A stretch of 64,000 bases of DNA from Verrucomicrobiota bacterium (lineage in GTDB: Bacteria > Verrucomicrobiota > Verrucomicrobiia > Limisphaerales > AAA164-E04): assembly GCA_029247315.1 (NCBI GenBank), contig JAQWLM010000099.1:6111-70110 (forward strand), given 5' to 3'. Positions 10,791 through 20,848 of the stretch are shown here, one piece after another. Position 1 is the stretch's first letter. Each line of letters starts with the position of its first letter. The position numbers were made by a program, and so were the translations under genes. The notes beneath the pieces were generated by a model, which saw only the letters and a list, made by a program, of their open reading frames with translations, ran no database searches and was not told the DNA's origin.

Positions 10791-11618
10791 ATGATCCCTT
10801 TATCATCACGCCATGCTCTAAAAAGAGTTGATTCAAGAGGAGATTCCGGATTTACGCTCATCGAGTTATTGGTGGTGATCTCCATCATATCCATTCTTGC
10901 GGGGATGTTGCTGCCGGCATTATCTAAAGCCAAAACAAAAGCCCAAGGGATTGCATGTATGAACAATCTCAAGCAGCTTGGTTTGGCGTGGTACATGTAT
11001 CCTGCAGACAATAACGACAAACTCGTGCCGAACGGTACCGGTGGACAAAAGGGATGGGTGGAAGGTTGGCTGAAAACACCCGCTGACGCCACCAATGAAT
11101 TCCTGTTGAAGGCGCCCCGAGGGCTTCTTTGGGATTACAACCAATCTCTAAAGATCTACAAATGTCCAGCGGATAAGAGTCATATCAAGAACAAGGGGTT
11201 GCTTTATCCTCGCGTGCGCAGCATGTCGATGAATGGGTGTATCAACGGTGATAGCTGGTATACAGATGAAATTGAAAATCTGTTTTACACTTTTAGAAAA
11301 CAATCTTCCATCATCCACCCTGCCAACAAATACGTTTTTCTTGATGAGCATCCAGATGCCATCGACGACGGTTACCACTTGACGTTTGTTAACCGGGTAA
11401 ATCAATGGGGGAATATGCCCGCCAACTACCATAATGGGGCCTGTGGATTTTCCTTTGCAGATGGGCATTCGGAGATCAAAAAGTGGATCGATCCCGATAC
11501 TCTTTCAAAAACCATTGTTGCGAATCCCAGGGGTCCAAACGATGTTCCGTGGCTTCAGGTGCGTACCACGGAACCTAAACGTGCTGACACCGTCTGGCCG
11601 CCGCGGGCGAAGAATTGA
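10791..11618 (+). CDS. Prepilin-type N-terminal domain protein with H-X9-DG motif (DUF1559-like pseudopilin)
   Basis: [25 protein letters not shown] at the N-terminus and C-terminal [15 protein letters not shown]. Confidence 0.85.
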   Translation: MIPLSSRHALKRVDSRGDSGFTLIELLVVISIISILAGMLLPALSKAKTKAQGIACMNNLKQLGLAWYMYPADNNDKLVPNGTGGQKGWVEGWLKTPADATNEFLLKAPRGLLWDYNQSLKIYKCPADKSHIKNKGLLYPRVRSMSMNGCINGDSWYTDEIENLFYTFRKQSSIIHPANKYVFLDEHPDAIDDGYHLTFVNRVNQWGNMPANYHNGACGFSFADGHSEIKKWIDPDTLSKTIVANPRGPNDVPWLQVRTTEPKRADTVWPPRAKN

Positions 11619-11622
11619 GTTG

Positions 11623-12372
11623 TCATTGCGCTGCACCCCAGATGCTCTTAAGCACAGCGTGCAGTTCTGGGTCGTGCAAGGCCAGTTCTGCCCGGACAAA
11701 GGGGTAGAAGTCGTTTCGGTAAAAATAGGCTTCGGTACCCTCTGCAAAATATTCCTTTTCGTTGGTGAGCCCATAGTGGCGTACCCTTTTACCCGTGTAG
11801 AGCAGCACGTCCTCGTAGGTCCCTGCTGCCTTGGCCTTTCTGAAAGCTTCGAGAATAGCAGTTTGATCAAATCCCAGGATTTGATCATGGTAGGCATGCG
11901 CCAGTTCATGAAGCACGACTGCGGGATGTTTGAGGAGTTGCTGACGGGAGAGTAGTTGCTCGGCGACTGGGATATGCACTTTTTTAGCTAACCTGGGATC
12001 ATGTCGGTGTCTTACCAACCAATCGCGACTGGGATGGTATTGCATGGATTTCAGACTGGGATGATTGCTCTCAATCCAAATTTCCAAATTTCGCATTTGT
12101 TTTAATGGTTCCTGGGGTAGCAGGATGGATATGCGATGGAGGTGATCCGCCAACATGCGAAGAGCTTTTTTTCCTTGAGCATTCTCGTTCAAGGCCGGTT
12201 CGACATGAATGGTCCAGCCTTCGATGGACTGTTTTTCCGGATGAAATCGGATGCCTTTATTGGCGTCGATTTCCTGTGATTGCAGGGTACCAACAAGAAC
12301 GGGCACCAGTGGAATTAAGATTCTCAAGACCTGTGATAGAGGTTTCCGTGAATTGCTTTTGAGTGGGTTCAT
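11623..12372 (-). CDS. Secreted putative zinc metallopeptidase (HExxH plus downstream EYFAE, minimal gluzincin-like)
   Basis: Signal-like N-terminus, VVLHELAHAYHDQ (HExxH), then EKEYFAEGTEAYF about 55 aa downstream. This resembles MtfA- or lethal-factor-like small metallopeptidases. The family assignment is from memory only. Confidence 0.5.
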   Translation of the reverse strand: MNPLKSNSRKPLSQVLRILIPLVPVLVGTLQSQEIDANKGIRFHPEKQSIEGWTIHVEPALNENAQGKKALRMLADHLHRISILLPQEPLKQMRNLEIWIESNHPSLKSMQYHPSRDWLVRHRHDPRLAKKVHIPVAEQLLSRQQLLKHPAVVLHELAHAYHDQILGFDQTAILEAFRKAKAAGTYEDVLLYTGKRVRHYGLTNEKEYFAEGTEAYFYRNDFYPFVRAELALHDPELHAVLKSIWGAAQ

Positions 12373-12396
12373 TTTTAAGAAAATAGAAAAGGTAAT

Positions 12397-13983
12397 TCAG
12401 TTTCTCGTGGCCTTACCGCTTTGAGTGTTCTTTTGAAAATGCAGTGATGACAGTTCTGGTTTGACTGGAGCCAGTCCGCGGCCTTTGACTCGATCGACCT
12501 TCTTGGCCAAGCGAAACCATTCGCTTGACATGGCTTTGACCCTTTCCGGGTAACGTGCTGCTAAATCCTGTGTTTCCGTGCGGTCATGATCGATGTGATA
12601 GAGTTCCCAGCGTCCCAGTTTTGCAGAAACAAGTTTCCATGGACCTTGTCTGAGCGCTCGATCTGTGCCGAACTGAAAATAAAGGCTTTGGTGGGGATCG
12701 CGTATTTTTCCATGAAAGATGGGTACGAGCGACTTACCCTGAAGGGGATCGATTTTCCGATTTTCGATTTCTGAAGGGTAAGCAGCGTCTCCCAGTTCGG
12801 TAAGCGTGGCCATGACATCGATCAGGTGTGCAGGTTGATCTGTGACAAAGCTGCCATCCTTCAGGGAGCGTATTCCATCGTTCAACTTAAGTTTCAGTCC
12901 CTTTGGCCAGTGAGCAATCAGGGGTGAACTGATCCCACCCTCATGTTGGTTTTGCTTGTAAAGACGGAAGGGGGTGTTGCCAAGGTGCGCCCAGCTTGCG
13001 TCGTAGGTCCAGTAGGATTCAGGGTCCCAGGGTTTGAGGTGACGTCCTCGTGTCCGTTCAAAAGGACATGCGCCATTGTCCGAACAGAAAAGAATCAGGG
13101 TGTTGTCGTAGATATCCTTGGCCTTCAGGTAATCAACCAGGCGACCGATACCCTGATCCATGATATCTACCATGGCAGCGAAAACTTCCATACGTTCGGA
13201 TTCCCAAACCTTCTCGGAGGAGGCGACATTGTTCCATGCTGGTATGTGCCTCGGTCGGGGGGAGAGTTTCCATTTGTTTGGGAGAAGTCCAGACTTCAAC
13301 TGCCGTTCGTGACGTTGTTGCCTGAGCACATCCCAACCTTCCTGGTATCGTCCTTTGTATTTGCGCACACTCTTCTCAGGAGCCTGAAGGGGGTAGTGTG
13401 GAGCGTTGTAGGCGACATAAAGGAAGAAAGGCTTCTTTGTCTGAGTTGCTTCATCAAGGAATTGCAGCGCAAAATCCGTCATGGCGTGTGTGGTGTAAAA
13501 GGGTTTTCCATTGAGCAAGGCCGGCACCTCCCATTTTTTGCCATGATAGCGGAAAGAGTTGTCTCCAGTGAAAAAATTGACTGCTCCTGAGAGATGCCCC
13601 CAGTAACGATCGAAACCGAACTCGGTAGGCTGCTTGCTCAAGTGCCATTTTCCTGACATGGCAGTAAAATATCCCGCTGAGCCCAACACCTCCGCCAGTG
13701 TGGCACCTCGACTCAAGGATTCACCTCCAGCCTGGTTGCAGTAAAGGCCTGTCAGGAGCGAGACTCTGGAAGAGTGGCACTTGGCGGTATTGTAGAACTG
13801 GGTAAAACGGAGCCCCGACTGGGCCAGAGCGTCCAGGTTCGGGGTGCTGATTTCAGAACCATAGCAGCCAAGGTCAGCGAACCCCAGATCGTCTGCCATG
13901 ATAAGAAGAATATTGGGGCGTTCACTGGCCAGACTCAAACCATGAGCGAATAGTGCAATGCTGAAGATGAACCGAAAAGCCAT
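12397..13983 (-). CDS. Sulfatase-family enzyme with non-canonical C-H-S-S-R active-site motif
   Basis: Signal peptide, ILLIMADDLGFADL and GKWHL motifs. The maturation motif reads TAKCHSSRVSLLTG (Cys codon at 13777-13779). Ser therefore replaces the conserved Pro of CxPxR. Confidence 0.85.
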   Translation of the reverse strand: MAFRFIFSIALFAHGLSLASERPNILLIMADDLGFADLGCYGSEISTPNLDALAQSGLRFTQFYNTAKCHSSRVSLLTGLYCNQAGGESLSRGATLAEVLGSAGYFTAMSGKWHLSKQPTEFGFDRYWGHLSGAVNFFTGDNSFRYHGKKWEVPALLNGKPFYTTHAMTDFALQFLDEATQTKKPFFLYVAYNAPHYPLQAPEKSVRKYKGRYQEGWDVLRQQRHERQLKSGLLPNKWKLSPRPRHIPAWNNVASSEKVWESERMEVFAAMVDIMDQGIGRLVDYLKAKDIYDNTLILFCSDNGACPFERTRGRHLKPWDPESYWTYDASWAHLGNTPFRLYKQNQHEGGISSPLIAHWPKGLKLKLNDGIRSLKDGSFVTDQPAHLIDVMATLTELGDAAYPSEIENRKIDPLQGKSLVPIFHGKIRDPHQSLYFQFGTDRALRQGPWKLVSAKLGRWELYHIDHDRTETQDLAARYPERVKAMSSEWFRLAKKVDRVKGRGLAPVKPELSSLHFQKNTQSGKATRN

Positions 13984-14024
13984 GCACTCATTGTCATGAG
14001 TTTTACTATTAAATCAATCGAGAT

Positions 14025-17000
14025 TTATTCGGCGAGATACACACGATAGAAACGATGACTTCCAGTCAGAGCCTCATTATCAACGAAAATGAAGGTGCTA
14101 TCGGTGGTTTGGGCATTAGCTACAACATGCCAGTTGGTGAAATCATCGGTAGACTGAATCACGAAAGGGATATTTGGTGCTGCTTGAATGGTCAGTTGCA
14201 TGCCTTGATCCTGGAGGGATACGGTTTCCACCGATAATCCCACCTCCAGATCGTAGGCCAAATGAACCGTTCCAGTGACCGCATTCACGCCATCCACTGC
14301 AATATAATAAATACCGCCTTGGGTCACTGGAAAGTTAACTCTGCTGTCGAGACCGTCCATGCCCCCGTCATTGTCACAGGCGATTTCGTTCAATGATTCA
14401 AAACTGCTGTTGGAGGATGTATAGGCTGCAATAACGGTATTAAAATCACTTCCATCGGTTGAGATACTAAGGTTCCCGTCGGCTGGTGCCTGATATGCAA
14501 ACCATTGTGAGGCACCACCAGGGACTCCGCAATGGTCGGGTTCATTCACTTCCTTCGTGGCCCCGAAAGTGTTAAAGATCTGCGCTCCTGTGAACCCTGT
14601 CACGAGGGATACAGCTCGTGGGGCAAAGGGCAGATCGGGGCTCATTGGTTTGAAAAGAGGGACAGGATTATTTTCCTGTATGGCATTAAACAAGTCGGCG
14701 AATTTTTCCTCCAGAACCAGTTCCCTGATGATCTTTCCAAGGCGTGGTACATTGACTGTGCAAGTTGCGACCCGACTCCTGGTGGTCAAGTCGCCCGCTG
14801 TGATACTGATCCAATAAGCGCCAGCAGTTTCTGCCTCTGCTGAAGAAATGCTATATTCCGCCTCCGTTGCACCTGGAATCGCCGCTCCGTTGTGAAACCA
14901 TTGAAGGCTTACCCCCGTGAGATTCCCGGCGATAGAGGTGGTCATTGTGTAAGGAGCACCAAGGTTCATGGTCATTTTTTGCGGTGTAATCCTGATACTT
15001 GGTAATGTGATGGCAATTGCTGTATCAAGTCTCCAACTCAAGAGTAAATTTCCGCTTGATCCGTTAAAGCCATCGATAGCAATCAAATAATCGACTCCTC
15101 CGATGGCGTTGAATTCCAGTTTGCTGGTGGAAAAACCACCGCGGTCATCATCGTATTCAATCTCTGTCAGTTGGGTCAGGTCATTGCCGGCATAAACAGA
15201 TAGAAGTGTGTCAAAACTCGACCCACGCAACGAGAACGTTGCCAGCCCTGAGGAATCTGGTCTCCATCGATACCAGATCGACTTCCCCCCACGTTTTTTA
15301 CCATGCCTGGGCTCTCCGTTTTCCTCGGTGGCTTCTTTGTTGGAAGCACGTATTATTCCCAAACCACCGGCAATGGGCGTGGCATCGTCAAATTGATCTG
15401 CACCTTCCAAGAGAGGCAAGTCCATGGAAACAACCACAGGATTGGTCCATAGATGACCTTCCGGGTTTTTGGCACGCAATTGGTAGTTACCCGAGTTAAA
15501 CTCATTCAAGCCGGGCACCAATGTCAGTGTCTCCTTGTTCTCTCCCTTCAACCGTTCGCCATTGAGAAACCATTGATAAAATATGGGTTCGGCTCCAGAA
15601 ATCCCATAATCCAGGGTTAATTGAGAACCTTTCGGGAGGTAAATGTCGTTTAAATCCTGAGAAGTCTGGGGTCTTCCCGTTGGTGCGAGCAATACATTGA
15701 ATGGGAGGCCCTCAGAGATGGTAACGCCACCGAGGTTATCGTAGACCCTCGCAAAAAAATGCCCTGTCATGGCTGCTTTTGAGGCAAAAACCATGGTGTA
15801 AGGAGCGATTTGATCCGTGGCGATCACTTCAGAGCCCTGAAGGAATTCAACGAGGGAAATTTCGCCATCAGGATCGCTTGCTTCAAGCTCGAAGGTCCAC
15901 TGGCCAGGTGCCAAGAGGGGAGTTTGAAGCGTTTGTGTGTTCCAGTTCAAATCCGGCAGTTGATTTTTTACAGGTAGTACGGCAGCCATGCCCAAGGTGA
16001 CCATTTGGGGAGCGTTTTTGAAAAGGCTGAAACCTGATAATACAACATTGCCATCATCGTCTGCATCGATGTGTGTTGCCTGCTCTGATACTGGACCTTC
16101 CTGTAGCGACCTGGTTTCAAAAATGTGTTCACCGCTGGGACTGAATTTTAGCACGGCAAAGTCTTCCTTAGTTGAAGGGCTGAATCGTGTTGACGATAAA
16201 TAAATATTTCCCAGTGAATCCAAATCCATGGAGGAAACGGTGTCGCTTTGGTTTGACGTATTATTGGGAATTTGCAGGGACCAGGACACTGCACCCGTGG
16301 GAGTGCATTTTGCCAGCAATGGCTGAGGCGTGGTTGCCGCAAGCTGGGTTTCTCCGACAAGGATAAGGTTGCCCGAGGTATCCACTTTGGCCATCTTAGG
16401 AATGTCATTTGCCATGTGGGGCATGACCAAGGTTTGCACCCAAGATTTTTCGCCTTCCGTATTCAGGCGCAGGATTTGAATGTCGATACCCGTGGATGGA
16501 TCCTTCACGGTACCCAGCAGGTAAAGAGTCTCGTCGAGTCCCTTATGTAAACTCGCAGGCTCGTAATCCAAGAGGCCGATTGCTCCGAGATCTGTCGTCC
16601 ATTGCAAATGACCGTCGATGGAATACTTTCGAACCTGCACACCTGATTGGATGCGGTCTGTCTTGGCTGCGCGTCCGAGAATGACAATGTCGCTGGATGG
16701 CATAATGGCCATGTCAAGTGCGGTGAAATTGGAATCGGTCTTATCCCGAATGGTGAACGATGAAAGACCTGAATCCATGTCCAGTATTTGAATTTCCATG
16801 CCCGTGTAATGCTCCGACACGACATTGTTCAGGATGTAGAGATTGTCGCCATGATTTCCCTGGAAATCCACAAAGTTCAGTTGTTCATCCAGCGCAATGT
16901 CCGGGGAAAACGTCCATCGAACATTCGCGTCCTTTCCGACGGAGGCCAGGAAGGGAACTTGCACGGGATCCTTGGAGGGATGAGCCTGAGGGGCGTCCAT

Positions 17001-17690
17001 TAGATCTTCCAATCGCAGGCGTGTCGTTCCTCCAATAATGACGTTATCGTGTTTGTCCAATAGGGCTTTGATGGGATCTTCTTGGCTATGATCATTGAAT
17101 GAAACACGTCTTGCCCATTCCTGGATGCCTGCATCATCGTATTTCACCACCATCATGTCATGGTTGCTGGTTTCCTCAGAAACGAATTCAGCTGCGACCA
17201 TGGCACCCCCATCTTGAAGAATAAATGTATCACGCGGATTTGATCTCGATCCGCTCTGGCTTTCAAAACGAGCGTTCCAGGTGCCTTGTAAACTCCCCTT
17301 GTCTGCTGGATTGATCGTAATCTTCATGGGATTCGATGTTGCATCCCCCAGTGCATTGCTCACTTGGACGGTGTAGATACCGACCTGGGTTTCTGAAAGG
17401 TTCAAAATCAGGTTGTTGGGCTTATTGGCGCCAGGAATGGCAAGGCCATTGAACAACCACTGATAGCGTAATGGTTCGCTTCCAGCAGCCTCAATAAAGA
17501 GTTGAAAGCTGTTGCCTGCCTTTGTTTCGAGTGAACCTGTTTGCCTTACAATGCTCGGTGGTGTTGCCTCCTGTGTGAGGCCCCTCTGTAGCCATGGGAA
17601 TTGGATCAAGTGTATGAGCGCCATCAGGCATATGACCCGCATGCAGAACGGGGTGGCTTGAGGGGTAAGCTGAAATGGGGGGTAAGACAT
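14025..17690 (-). CDS. Giant secreted multidomain protein (3 Ig-like domains, SBBP-type beta-propeller repeats, 2 PPC-like domains, C-terminal RFYR module)
   Basis: The Ig-like domains are marked by YQWLFNG, YQWFLNG and LQWFHNG. Repeats such as GNIYLSSTRFSPSTKEDFAVLKFSPSGE match beta-propeller SBBP repeats. Two paralogous domains (...FDTLLSVYAGNDL...YLIAIDGFNG at about 15029-15278, and ...FNTVIAAYTSSNS...YYIAVDGVNA at about 14245-14510) are present. The protein ends HRFYRVYLAE. Confidence 0.8.
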   Translation of the reverse strand: MSYPPFQLTPQATPFCMRVICLMALIHLIQFPWLQRGLTQEATPPSIVRQTGSLETKAGNSFQLFIEAAGSEPLRYQWLFNGLAIPGANKPNNLILNLSETQVGIYTVQVSNALGDATSNPMKITINPADKGSLQGTWNARFESQSGSRSNPRDTFILQDGGAMVAAEFVSEETSNHDMMVVKYDDAGIQEWARRVSFNDHSQEDPIKALLDKHDNVIIGGTTRLRLEDLMDAPQAHPSKDPVQVPFLASVGKDANVRWTFSPDIALDEQLNFVDFQGNHGDNLYILNNVVSEHYTGMEIQILDMDSGLSSFTIRDKTDSNFTALDMAIMPSSDIVILGRAAKTDRIQSGVQVRKYSIDGHLQWTTDLGAIGLLDYEPASLHKGLDETLYLLGTVKDPSTGIDIQILRLNTEGEKSWVQTLVMPHMANDIPKMAKVDTSGNLILVGETQLAATTPQPLLAKCTPTGAVSWSLQIPNNTSNQSDTVSSMDLDSLGNIYLSSTRFSPSTKEDFAVLKFSPSGEHIFETRSLQEGPVSEQATHIDADDDGNVVLSGFSLFKNAPQMVTLGMAAVLPVKNQLPDLNWNTQTLQTPLLAPGQWTFELEASDPDGEISLVEFLQGSEVIATDQIAPYTMVFASKAAMTGHFFARVYDNLGGVTISEGLPFNVLLAPTGRPQTSQDLNDIYLPKGSQLTLDYGISGAEPIFYQWFLNGERLKGENKETLTLVPGLNEFNSGNYQLRAKNPEGHLWTNPVVVSMDLPLLEGADQFDDATPIAGGLGIIRASNKEATEENGEPRHGKKRGGKSIWYRWRPDSSGLATFSLRGSSFDTLLSVYAGNDLTQLTEIEYDDDRGGFSTSKLEFNAIGGVDYLIAIDGFNGSSGNLLLSWRLDTAIAITLPSIRITPQKMTMNLGAPYTMTTSIAGNLTGVSLQWFHNGAAIPGATEAEYSISSAEAETAGAYWISITAGDLTTRSRVATCTVNVPRLGKIIRELVLEEKFADLFNAIQENNPVPLFKPMSPDLPFAPRAVSLVTGFTGAQIFNTFGATKEVNEPDHCGVPGGASQWFAYQAPADGNLSISTDGSDFNTVIAAYTSSNSSFESLNEIACDNDGGMDGLDSRVNFPVTQGGIYYIAVDGVNAVTGTVHLAYDLEVGLSVETVSLQDQGMQLTIQAAPNIPFVIQSTDDFTNWHVVANAQTTDSTFIFVDNEALTGSHRFYRVYLAE

Positions 17691-17998
17691 TTTGAGGCGT
17701 GAATCTTAGTTGAAGTTACAAAGTTTGTTTTCTCTTTTCTGTTTAGCAGAAACAGTGCCATTATTATCTACTTGAAAGGCTTGGGTTTCAGTAAGAAGCT
17801 TTAGAGTTTGTAACATGCACTGGACGAGATGTTTACAACTATTTTGGAAGTGAAATGAGCTCGCCTCATTGGGATGTTGCAAGGTGGACGATTCTAATTT
17901 AAATGGTCAAATCCCCATATCTACGACCGGCTTTTGGGGCTTGTCAGACCATCTCTTTAGTCTTTCTTTTGAGGGAATTCGGACTAAATTATCCCCAT

Positions 17999-18697
17999 AT
18001 GTTGTCACCCAAGCATTATCTTAACATGAATGCATGTGAACATGCTGACTTGTTTGATGGACTCGACCGTGTGTGGGAGGCTCTCAAACGTCTTACGGAT
18101 TATATTGAACAAAATTTACGCAAAGAAAAGCACCACAAAACTTTAGGTGATCCAGGATTCATTGGTCAGGACGTTTTTATTGGCGAAGGCACCATCGTGG
18201 AAGGTGGTGCAATGATTAAAGGGCCCGCCATTATTGGAAAAAATTGTCAAATTCGACATAACGCATACGTGCGGGAAAACGTCATCATTGGCGATCGGTG
18301 TGTGGTAGGCAACTCGACAGAGATTAAACACAGTATCCTGCTTGATGAGGCCGTTGCGCCTCATTTCAACTATGTGGGTGATTCCATCTTGGGTTCTCAT
18401 GCCCATCTTGGTGCCGGTGTGAAAATTTCGAATTTCAAACTCACCAAGGATAACATTACCGTTGATGAGGTGGACCAGCTTGGAATCCCCTTGGATACTG
18501 GCCTCAGGAAACTAGGTGCTGTGATTGGCGATCATGCAGAAGTTGGGTGCAATGCTGTTTTGAATCCTGGAAGCCTGATCGGGCGTCATTCGGTAGTGTA
18601 TCCCAATGTTTTCTGGCGCGGTATTTTACCCGACAACATGATTGTCAAAAACCGCGCTCAAACTGATGTTGTCGTGATGCGTCCGCGTTCATACTGA
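17999..18697 (+). CDS. Left-handed beta-helix (hexapeptide-repeat) transferase, GlmU/G1P-nucleotidyltransferase C-terminal-like
   Basis: Imperfect hexapeptide repeats (VFIGEGTIVEGGAMIKGPAIIGKNCQIRHNAYVRENVIIGDRCVVGNSTEIKHSILLDEAVAPHFNYVGDSILG). The longest ORF starts at 17903. ATG at 17999 looks more plausible. Confidence 0.7.
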   Translation: MLSPKHYLNMNACEHADLFDGLDRVWEALKRLTDYIEQNLRKEKHHKTLGDPGFIGQDVFIGEGTIVEGGAMIKGPAIIGKNCQIRHNAYVRENVIIGDRCVVGNSTEIKHSILLDEAVAPHFNYVGDSILGSHAHLGAGVKISNFKLTKDNITVDEVDQLGIPLDTGLRKLGAVIGDHAEVGCNAVLNPGSLIGRHSVVYPNVFWRGILPDNMIVKNRAQTDVVVMRPRSY

Positions 18698-18718
18698 CAT
18701 CTTCGGATTCCATCTTCC

Positions 18719-20842
18719 ATGATCAGAGTTGCCGATGGTGAAGCAGGAGGAGGGGGTGGCACTACCGATTTGGCGGATCAAGTCGGAATGATCTTTTCTG
18801 AAAGCGGCTTGTTATCCAGAGCCAGCAACTTCGAGTACCGTCCCCAGCAACAATCCATGGCCGTTGCCGTTGCTGAGGTCCTTACGAAGGAGGATCACTT
18901 AATGGTTGAGGCTGGTACGGGTGTCGGAAAAAGCCTCGGATACCTTGTGCCAGCCATTTTGCATGCGGTTACCGAGGGGAAGCGAGCCGTGATCTGTACC
19001 CATACCATCAACCTTCAAGAACAGCTTGTAATGAAGGATCTACCCATGCTGCGAAAGATTCTTCCCGTGCAGTTCTCTTTTACAATGCTGAAAGGACGTC
19101 ACAATTACCTGTGCACACGACGTCTTCACAAAGCCATTCAAATGGCAGAGGGTCTTTTCACGACGTCTGAAAGCGCTGAACTGCAGTTTCTGCTTGAATG
19201 GTCCAACCAAACAACTGACGGCAGCCTGTCAGATCTGCCAGAAGCACCAAATCCCAAAGTCTGGGCTCAGGTATGTTCGGAGCGTGGGCTTTGTTCGCCC
19301 AAGATGTGCGGTCCCAAGTCCGATTTTTCTCAATCACAGGCCATTTGTCATTTTCAGCGAGCAAGGCAGCGTATCCTGTCGGCAGATGTTGTCGTGTTGA
19401 ACCATACTCTTTTTTTTACCCTTCTTAACACCATGGAAGAGCCTTCGGATGGAGGGGTATTGTTTCGTAATGATTTTGTCATTTTTGACGAGGCTCACAC
19501 ATTAGAGAAGGTCGCCTCGCGGCATATTGGGCTTGGTATTTCCAGTGGGCAAACGCATTTTGCATTGAATCGGCTTTGGAATCCATCCACCCAGAAAGGA
19601 CTCCTTTCACAGCTCAGAAAAGGTAAGGTCATTCAGCAAGTGGGCGAAGTGCACGAACAGGCCGATGCTTTTTTTAAAAATGTTGAGGCTGCGTGTGATG
19701 AGATTATTCACGATTCAAAAAGCTCGGCCACAGGGAAAAACAAGCCCTGGAATCTCGCGGGCTCCTGGAGGGAACTACGCATCCGGCATGCCGATTTTGT
19801 CGAGGACGTATTGACCTTACCCTTGCAGCGCCTTCGTCATTCGATCACTGAACTCATCAAGACATCAGATGACCGTGAAATAGGACAGGAATTGCAGGAA
19901 TGCAACAGGCGTCTTGCCGACCTTAAGGAGACTCTAGCGATGTTCTTGAGTCAGGAATATGCATCTTATGTTTATTGGGTAGAAAAAGGCGGCAGAACCG
20001 GTCAGAATATGTCTCTGCACGCCGCTCCGGTGGATGTGTCCGAATTTCTTCGGCATCGACTTTTTGACAGTGGTACTTCGATTGTCATGACCAGTGCCAC
20101 ATTGTCCATGGAGGGGAAAACGGACAATGCTACCTCCAGAAAAAGAGGCGTGAGCGGAGTGATGCGGCGAGGTATGGACTACTTTGTTACGAGAATCGGT
20201 GCTTACGACGCAAGCACGTTGCAACTCGGATCACCCTTTAATTTCGCGCGTCAAATGAAGGTCTATATTCCCTCCAAAATGGTTGATCCGCGTCATGAGG
20301 AGTATCGTTCTAGCCTTTGCCACTGGATTGAGCATTTTACCGCAATGACCGAGGGTCGCGCTTTTGTTCTGTTCACCAATCTCAAGCTCATGCGCGCCAT
20401 AGGGGAAGCCATGCTGCCATACTTTGACGCATGTGACATTACGCTTTATATACAAGGCTCAGGTCTCCCTCGCTCAACGATGCTGGAGCGGTTTAAGGAG
20501 GACGAATCTTCCGTGCTTTTTGGTGCAGACAGTTTCTGGCAAGGAGTAGATGTGCCAGGTAATTCCCTTAAGAATGTCATTATCACGCGCCTCCCGTTCG
20601 CTGTACCAGACCATCCACTGACCGAAGCACGGGTTGATCAGATCATGGCCCGTGGAGGGGATGCTTTTTTCGAATACTCTCTGCCTGAAGCTGTCCTGAA
20701 ATTCCGTCAAGGTATGGGGCGTCTCATTCGTACCCAGACCGATCAAGGTATCGTTGCCGTGCTGGACAACAGGGTGCTTCTCAAGCGCTATGGTCAGTGC
20801 TTCCTGGATGCGATTCCTGATGCGCCGATTCAAACAATATAA
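18719..20842 (+). CDS. dinG: ATP-dependent DNA helicase, DinG/Rad3 (XPD-like) family
   Basis: Walker A AGTGVGKS, DEAH box VIFDEAHTLE, a cluster of Cys residues between motifs I and II (possible Fe-S domain), and C-terminal helicase motifs (SFWQGVDVPG, QGMGRLIR). Confidence 0.85.
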   Translation: MIRVADGEAGGGGGTTDLADQVGMIFSESGLLSRASNFEYRPQQQSMAVAVAEVLTKEDHLMVEAGTGVGKSLGYLVPAILHAVTEGKRAVICTHTINLQEQLVMKDLPMLRKILPVQFSFTMLKGRHNYLCTRRLHKAIQMAEGLFTTSESAELQFLLEWSNQTTDGSLSDLPEAPNPKVWAQVCSERGLCSPKMCGPKSDFSQSQAICHFQRARQRILSADVVVLNHTLFFTLLNTMEEPSDGGVLFRNDFVIFDEAHTLEKVASRHIGLGISSGQTHFALNRLWNPSTQKGLLSQLRKGKVIQQVGEVHEQADAFFKNVEAACDEIIHDSKSSATGKNKPWNLAGSWRELRIRHADFVEDVLTLPLQRLRHSITELIKTSDDREIGQELQECNRRLADLKETLAMFLSQEYASYVYWVEKGGRTGQNMSLHAAPVDVSEFLRHRLFDSGTSIVMTSATLSMEGKTDNATSRKRGVSGVMRRGMDYFVTRIGAYDASTLQLGSPFNFARQMKVYIPSKMVDPRHEEYRSSLCHWIEHFTAMTEGRAFVLFTNLKLMRAIGEAMLPYFDACDITLYIQGSGLPRSTMLERFKEDESSVLFGADSFWQGVDVPGNSLKNVIITRLPFAVPDHPLTEARVDQIMARGGDAFFEYSLPEAVLKFRQGMGRLIRTQTDQGIVAVLDNRVLLKRYGQCFLDAIPDAPIQTI

Positions 20843-20848
20843 TATCGT

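Noticed and set aside
10688-11095. 135-aa ORF antisense to the second pseudopilin gene
   Set aside because: The plus strand encodes the unmistakable [10 protein letters not shown] prepilin signal. The antisense ORF is a shadow.
12943-13590. 215-aa ORF antisense to the CHSSR sulfatase
   Set aside because: A shadow ORF inside a well-supported sulfatase gene, with no motifs.
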